The notes under the pieces are model-generated. The model worked only from the letters and a program-made list of their open reading frames with translations. It searched no databases and had not been told where the DNA came from. A program made the position numbers and the translations under genes. Source: Bacteroidales bacterium (GTDB taxonomy: Bacteria; Bacteroidota; Bacteroidia; Bacteroidales; F082). From it: a stretch of DNA of 64,000 bases. Of this stretch, positions 63,610-64,000 are shown in pieces. Location of the stretch: positions 13,749-77,748 of the forward strand of contig JAZKYV010000040.1 of NCBI GenBank assembly GCA_045612345.1. Reading direction: 5' to 3'. Positions within the stretch are counted from its first letter, which is position 1. The number at the start of each line of letters is the position of its first letter.

Positions 63610-64000
63610 TTAGAGATTATCGTAAAAATCGTTATAAGCATCAACGTAAGTTTCTGGAGAATGGTATTCGAGAATAGGCTTTTTCAATGATTTTGCATAT
63701 TCTTCGAGTTCAGGGTTGATTTTTTCGCTACCGAAGATGATGCCGTCAGAGAAATCCAACGCTGTTTTCATAAGATTTACATAGTTGGTGTCTTTGAGGA
63801 ATTTCACATCTTTAGGCGCTATTCCTTGAAGCTTCATTTTCTTGTCGAAGCCATTGCGGAATGTTTCTGTGAAGTCGTCGTCATAGATTGAGAAGACCAC
63901 CTTTGACTCGCTGAAGAGAGGGTTGTCTTTGAAGACTTTCTTGATGTATATCGGGATGAGAGCCGACATCCAGCCGTGACAGTGGATGATGTCAGGAGGC
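63610..64000 (-). CDS. Glycogen/starch synthase-like glycosyltransferase (5' part outside window)
   Basis: The frame stays open to the window edge. The translated edge reads PPDIIHCHGWMSALIPIYIKK, the GT5 HxHDW-type motif. Confidence 0.7.
   Translation of the reverse strand, partial: PPDIIHCHGWMSALIPIYIKKVFKDNPLFSESKVVFSIYDDDFTETFRNGFDKKMKLQGIAPKDVKFLKDTNYVNLMKTALDFSDGIIFGSEKINPELEEYAKSLKKPILEYHSPETYVDAYNDFYDNL

Noticed and set aside
1-64000. tRNA, rRNA, tmRNA, RNase P, riboswitches, transposases, integrases, prophage or defence islands
   Set aside because: I scanned the non-coding gaps longer than 100 bp for GC-rich cloverleaf-like segments (GGTTCGAA-type T-arms) and conserved riboswitch cores and found none. 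No ORF shows DDE, tyrosine/serine recombinase or phage motifs.

Overview
This is a 64-kb chromosomal window from an AT-rich Bacteroidota (Bacteroidales-like) genome. The assignment rests on T9SS C-terminal sorting domains, a SusC/SusD pair, TAnnTTTG -7 promoter motifs, and the conserved purH-mreBCD and acpP-fabF-rnc gene orders. I count about 58 real CDSs. No rRNA, tRNA, CRISPR, transposase or integrase is visible. Most genes are housekeeping: ribF, asd, purH, mreBCD, recJ, rlmH, ruvC, rpiB, metG, gmhA, radA, topA, polA, acpP, fabF, rnc, pheS. The rest is a protein and glycoprotein-harvesting complement: a C69 dipeptidase, an S46 dipeptidyl-peptidase, an M28 peptidase, two large T9SS-tailed PNGase F paralogs (one inside a SusC/SusD locus), and several other T9SS cargo proteins. 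The most unusual signal is non-genic. More than 20 short arrays of imperfect tandem 7- or 8-bp words sit exactly at gene ends, often as inverted pairs that would fold into long imperfect hairpins. A few word families recur: YTCARAA, GTTCARA, CAGACTA/CGGACAA, GACACCRA, GCCAAYRG. Three paralogous four-helix-bundle ORFs of the 23S-rRNA-IVS / DGR-Avd family each lie in an intergenic gap bracketed by such inverted arrays. One of these is also flanked by a perfect 24-bp direct repeat. The same heptad DNA occurs in frame inside polA as a 7-aa-periodic Q-rich linker. It also supplies the stop codons or C-terminal tails of several genes. Other points of interest are a 100-bp near-identical patch between the otherwise diverged PNGase F paralogs, which looks like gene conversion. 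There is also a 477-bp AT-rich gap with four exact TGTTGATAA / TTATCAACA boxes (origin-like or iteron-like, unproven), and a perfect 23-bp tandem duplication carrying a promoter motif. All product calls come from motif recognition by eye. No database search was run.
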